Shown one piece after another: positions 35,684 to 39,138 of a stretch of 39,138 nucleotides of DNA. The position numbers and the translations under genes were made by a program. The notes below the pieces were generated by a model, which did no database searches, was not told the DNA's origin, and was given only the letters and a program-made list of their open reading frames with translations. Every line of letters begins with the position of its first letter. The first letter of the stretch is position 1. The DNA comes from a virus: the UHGV virus genome UHGV-0198113. One strand, given 5' to 3'.

Positions 35684-37204
35684 ATGAAGAATGTTGATGT
35701 TGCTGTAATTTACACGGACGGTAGCCATTTGACTTCCCCGCTCGGTACAGGAGCGGGGATTCATGGGTACTTATTTAATCGTGAAGTGATTGAGGATGGT
35801 CGGGTTTACCGCCATCCCTCTATTCCCGAGGGGATTACGACGTCGGGATACCGCCAGATAAACAAGGATGAAAAACTCCCTCCTTTGCCAGAAACCGTGG
35901 AGTTTATTGACGGCGTTGTTCCTGTACCAAAAATGTCACATTCTGACGTTGCAGAACTCGTGGCTTTTCTAACTGTTTTCGAACACGCGCCCTTCGTTGC
36001 GAAAAACTATGTTATCTATATCGACGCTTCTTACGTTGTTAACACGTATAACGATTGGATTGATGGTTGGGCAGCACGAGGATGGCGTCGTGCAGACGGT
36101 ACACCCATTGCGAACTTGGAACTAATCCAACGGATGTGGGAAGTCAAACAGCGGTTAAAGAAAGAAGGGAAGGGTATCCGTGTCCTTAAAATTAAAGGTC
36201 ACTCAGGTCGTTATGGAAATGAACGTGCAGACGAACTAGCACGGAAAGGTTCAAGTATCTCTGCGCGTGGCGAAGGGTTAGACTATACACCGTATTGGTC
36301 AAAAGACGAGATGCCTGAAGAAGATCAGCAACCGGAAGTTGTTGGTGAAGGCGTCAATTTATCTGCATTCCCTGAAATCTGCGTCACGAAGTTTTGTTAC
36401 CCGATGGTAAATGAACCACACCCCACGGTTACTGTAAACGGTGAGAAACTGTATTACATGTTTGGCGGGAACCACGCAAAACAGAAAGACGATATTGTCT
36501 TCGTCGGGAAATACATCCCTGATGCGCAGTTCTGCGTGATGTTTACCAAAGAACCGTGGACTAACGTATACGAGTTAGTAAACACCCACTCTGCAAAAGC
36601 ATGGGAAGGTGTACCACGTTTACGTCAGTTTGATCCCATCGCAGTGGTTTTTAACTTATTCGTAAAACGTAAGAAGTTTGCAGAAGCCGCAGGTAACGGT
36701 ATCCCTATCGACAGAATGCACTTTAGCGAAGACAAAAACTTGTGGATGTTTGAAGATCTTTCGATTACACGAATTCTTCGTCCTGCGTTATTGTCTTATC
36801 GCTGCATTGCAATTCGTGATGAACTTGCAGGTTGGTTACGTGATGCAATGGAGCAGAAAAACTCGGTAGTGTTAAACGATATTACCGACATGCTTTACGA
36901 TGAGAAAGGTAAACCGAAGAAAGACTTTTATCGTAACGTAGATAAAGGTTTTGATGTAACTATCCATATCCCTGGAAGCAAAAACAAGGTTAAAGCCATC
37001 CTTACTCGTGGTATCGATGTTCCAACACGTACGGAAATTAACCGCTTAAAAGAACCCGAAGGTCGTTTTTACGTGGCTGTCCGTCGTCCAGAACGTCAGT
37101 ATATCGAGTATGCATTGGTTTATATCGGGGAAAAATATCATGGATTGTGGTGCGGTTATTATTCAAACAAACGAATATTGACAGATAAGGAGCTTGAATG
37201 CTAG
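35684..37204 (+). CDS. RNase HI-like domain (N-terminal ~195 aa) fused to a ~310-aa C-terminal domain of unknown function
   Basis: Track ORF; motifs in order matching E. coli RNase HI catalytic residues: 'VIYTDGS' (D), 'VAELVAF' (E), 'YIDASYV' (D), 'KGHSGRYGNERADELAR' (H, D). Confidence 0.8.
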   Translation: MKNVDVAVIYTDGSHLTSPLGTGAGIHGYLFNREVIEDGRVYRHPSIPEGITTSGYRQINKDEKLPPLPETVEFIDGVVPVPKMSHSDVAELVAFLTVFEHAPFVAKNYVIYIDASYVVNTYNDWIDGWAARGWRRADGTPIANLELIQRMWEVKQRLKKEGKGIRVLKIKGHSGRYGNERADELARKGSSISARGEGLDYTPYWSKDEMPEEDQQPEVVGEGVNLSAFPEICVTKFCYPMVNEPHPTVTVNGEKLYYMFGGNHAKQKDDIVFVGKYIPDAQFCVMFTKEPWTNVYELVNTHSAKAWEGVPRLRQFDPIAVVFNLFVKRKKFAEAAGNGIPIDRMHFSEDKNLWMFEDLSITRILRPALLSYRCIAIRDELAGWLRDAMEQKNSVVLNDITDMLYDEKGKPKKDFYRNVDKGFDVTIHIPGSKNKVKAILTRGIDVPTRTEINRLKEPEGRFYVAVRRPERQYIEYALVYIGEKYHGLWCGYYSNKRILTDKELEC

Positions 37205-37854
37205 TTGTTTATAGCGAAGTCATGACAAAAGCCCCTCGGTACCTTCAACAACGTTTCTTAGAAACGGCTAATCGTAAATGGGGCTTTCGCGCCCCTTATT
37301 CCGACGAAACTCTAGAGTTGGAGCAGCTTGCTTTAGGCTTCTCCTTACAAGCGCTATGGGGTGTGATAGGTTTACGTAATGCGGGGTGCGATCCACTGGA
37401 TGATTATTTCTCAGTAGCACGGATACGTAGTGTTAATCCTGAACGTCTCCACGCCCCGCTTACTGAAGAATGTATCGGATATGTAGAAGGAACACCAGAG
37501 CTACGAAAGGACTTTAATACCGCTTGCTGCAAGCTGTGGTCGGAACTCGACCGTTATCCCGGCGAAATCGTTTGGTTAGATCGTCGTACGTGCTTAACGG
37601 AAATAGGGATAAATTATCCTGTGCGTTTGGTTTCATTAAACGTAAATGACCTGACCGCAGTAAGAACCTCCGCGCCAGAAGAAATCACCCCTTCCCCTTT
37701 GCGCTATTCGTTATTTAAACAAGGTGATGCGTGGATACTTCCACCTGACCTAAACCAATACCTTCTAATGTCCGACCAGATTCATTCTGGGTACGACGCA
37801 ACAGTTACGGAGTATGCCCTCGATTTCGACTTCGCTAAAAAGTTTCTTAGATAG
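37198..37854 (+). CDS. hypothetical protein (218 aa)
   Basis: Track ORF; start overlaps the stop of the previous gene (ATGCTAG), suggesting translational coupling. Confidence 0.65.
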   Translation: MLVVYSEVMTKAPRYLQQRFLETANRKWGFRAPYSDETLELEQLALGFSLQALWGVIGLRNAGCDPLDDYFSVARIRSVNPERLHAPLTEECIGYVEGTPELRKDFNTACCKLWSELDRYPGEIVWLDRRTCLTEIGINYPVRLVSLNVNDLTAVRTSAPEEITPSPLRYSLFKQGDAWILPPDLNQYLLMSDQIHSGYDATVTEYALDFDFAKKFLR

Positions 37855-37890
37855 ATATTATCCAGGTGTAACACCATTGGAGTTATTAAA

Positions 37891-38631
37891 ATGCTAAAAG
37901 TTTATGTCCCTCAGTTACAACGCATCAATCCCTCGTTGTTCGAGGGAATCTTTTATAAAATTTGGCCGCGATACTTCAATGAGCGTTTGAAGGACCCAAG
38001 ATGGTCAACTGTTCAAGGAGAGTTCTTTTATACCGCACAATCCGCCTGCACAAGTATCTTTACTCAGTTTATCGCTGAAATTATCAACGCCATTAACACT
38101 AACCGAACTGTCGACCTACGTGACGTTACAGTAGACCTCTCTGCAATCTACGATAACTACGATTGTGATGATGCTGTGTTCGAACACTTCGCTTCCGAAG
38201 ACGTCTGGGAAGCTATTTGTCACTGGTTAGAATATTACGTGAGTTACCTACTCTCCCCAGAGATGCTAGAAACCTTCAACAAAGCACTCTCTCCGATTTA
38301 TAACGACTTACTCAACGTTAAACAAACAAAGAACCTGGTTGGATTCTGGTACTCGACCTACGACGCCGAATGTAAGTTATGGGAAAAAGAAATGGTTGCT
38401 TACGGGATAGAACGGGGAGACTATGTTGAGCTTCACTGCGGTTACTGGCCATTCAGTCACTACGAGAATGCACGACTTGGTGACTCACGATTGTGGTCGT
38501 TTTATCTCTGCGAAGCTACAGGTGTTATTTACCTTGAAGACACCGGCGTACAAATCCCTAACGGTACTGTTGTAACTTACTGCCAGATTCGAGAAGATCG
38601 GGGCCGGGCAATTTATCAGGAATACGTATAA
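37891..38631 (+). CDS. hypothetical protein (246 aa)
   Basis: Track ORF; GGAG RBS upstream. No motif recognised. Confidence 0.7.
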   Translation: MLKVYVPQLQRINPSLFEGIFYKIWPRYFNERLKDPRWSTVQGEFFYTAQSACTSIFTQFIAEIINAINTNRTVDLRDVTVDLSAIYDNYDCDDAVFEHFASEDVWEAICHWLEYYVSYLLSPEMLETFNKALSPIYNDLLNVKQTKNLVGFWYSTYDAECKLWEKEMVAYGIERGDYVELHCGYWPFSHYENARLGDSRLWSFYLCEATGVIYLEDTGVQIPNGTVVTYCQIREDRGRAIYQEYV

Positions 38632-39138
38632 TGAAAATACTTATCGATTTCTCACTCAGCGAGTCACGGGGTAAATTAAACAAACTGTTAAGTGAGATGC
38701 GTAGTCGAATTGCGCTTGAGTTGCACGACGCGATTGCTGTGCATGAGAATAAGATTTCTGAAGAACACGGTGGGGCTGAAATCGCTATCCTGGATTCAGA
38801 AGCGATGGTGAACAACCTTGTTGAGCAGTTGGAACGAAAAATCCATGCGGTCATGGAACACCCACATTTAGTCCAGGTAACTGATCCCGATACGGATATA
38901 CAACTGATTCTTGAGAAAGCCTTTCTACATGCCGCGCATTACTTACAGAACAATGCCCCGGATACGCTCGACGAAGTGTATGTCGCCATATTGCAGCGCC
39001 AACCTTCATTAACGGATATAATAGACACAACGTGTTGGAGTGATATTCTTACCAACGAAACGATGTCCCGTATCCGAGATATTTTCCTCGAGACACTCGG
39101 GTTAGTTGAGAAAGTTTGTCGTGCTGAACTCATCTACC
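38631..39138 (+). CDS. hypothetical protein, partial (3' end beyond window)
   Basis: ATG overlaps the previous stop (TAATG); frame appears open to the window end (MKILIDFSLSESRGKLNKLL...); not in track because no stop is present. Confidence 0.5.
   Translation, partial: MKILIDFSLSESRGKLNKLLSEMRSRIALELHDAIAVHENKISEEHGGAEIAILDSEAMVNNLVEQLERKIHAVMEHPHLVQVTDPDTDIQLILEKAFLHAAHYLQNNAPDTLDEVYVAILQRQPSLTDIIDTTCWSDILTNETMSRIRDIFLETLGLVEKVCRAELIY

Noticed and set aside
1-39138. Searched by eye for tRNA-like sequences, CRISPR repeats, integrase or transposase genes and long terminal inverted repeats
   Set aside because: None seen; the only repeats are short hairpins and the 25-nt motif. A tRNA or CRISPR scanner would be needed to exclude these formally.

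Overview
The window reads as a segment of a virulent tailed-phage genome: dense, mostly non-overlapping genes with strong Shine-Dalgarno sites, many rho-independent terminators with C(UUCG)G tetraloops, and no rRNA, tRNA, CRISPR array, integrase or transposase that I could recognise. All calls come from reading the sequence and the supplied ORF track; no database search or computation was run, so family assignments rest on motifs I recognise from memory. Layout: (1) 1-13091, minus strand: three consecutive giant genes (a partial one of more than 1490 codons, then 1396 aa and 1440 aa) whose N-termini share a 'PFF...L.V...G.DY' motif, read as tail-fibre or tailspike genes. (2) 13159-15857: three accessory genes, including a BhsA/YdgH-like (DUF1471) protein with no signal peptide. 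(3) 16244-31829, plus strand, accessory block: a tandem paralog family with a shared C-terminal module, a cassette of six signal-peptide proteins, an orphan Rad50/SbcC-like ATPase with a CPQC zinc hook, three tiny membrane ORFs, a GNAT acetyltransferase, a TARG1/DarG-like macrodomain, an exported lytic transglycosylase and a 2-TM membrane protein. (4) 31869-33869, minus strand: a two-gene operon. (5) 33895-39138, plus strand: a spanin-like pair, a DEDDh 3'-5' exonuclease, an RNase HI domain fused to an unknown ~310-aa domain, and three unknown genes. The best candidates for something undescribed are the paralog array (16244-20152), the secreted cassette with a possible Ivy-like inhibitor (20281-23017), the macrodomain as a counter-defence factor (28494-28991) and the RNase H fusion (35684-37204). 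Coordinates of short motifs were counted by hand and may be off by 1-2 nt.
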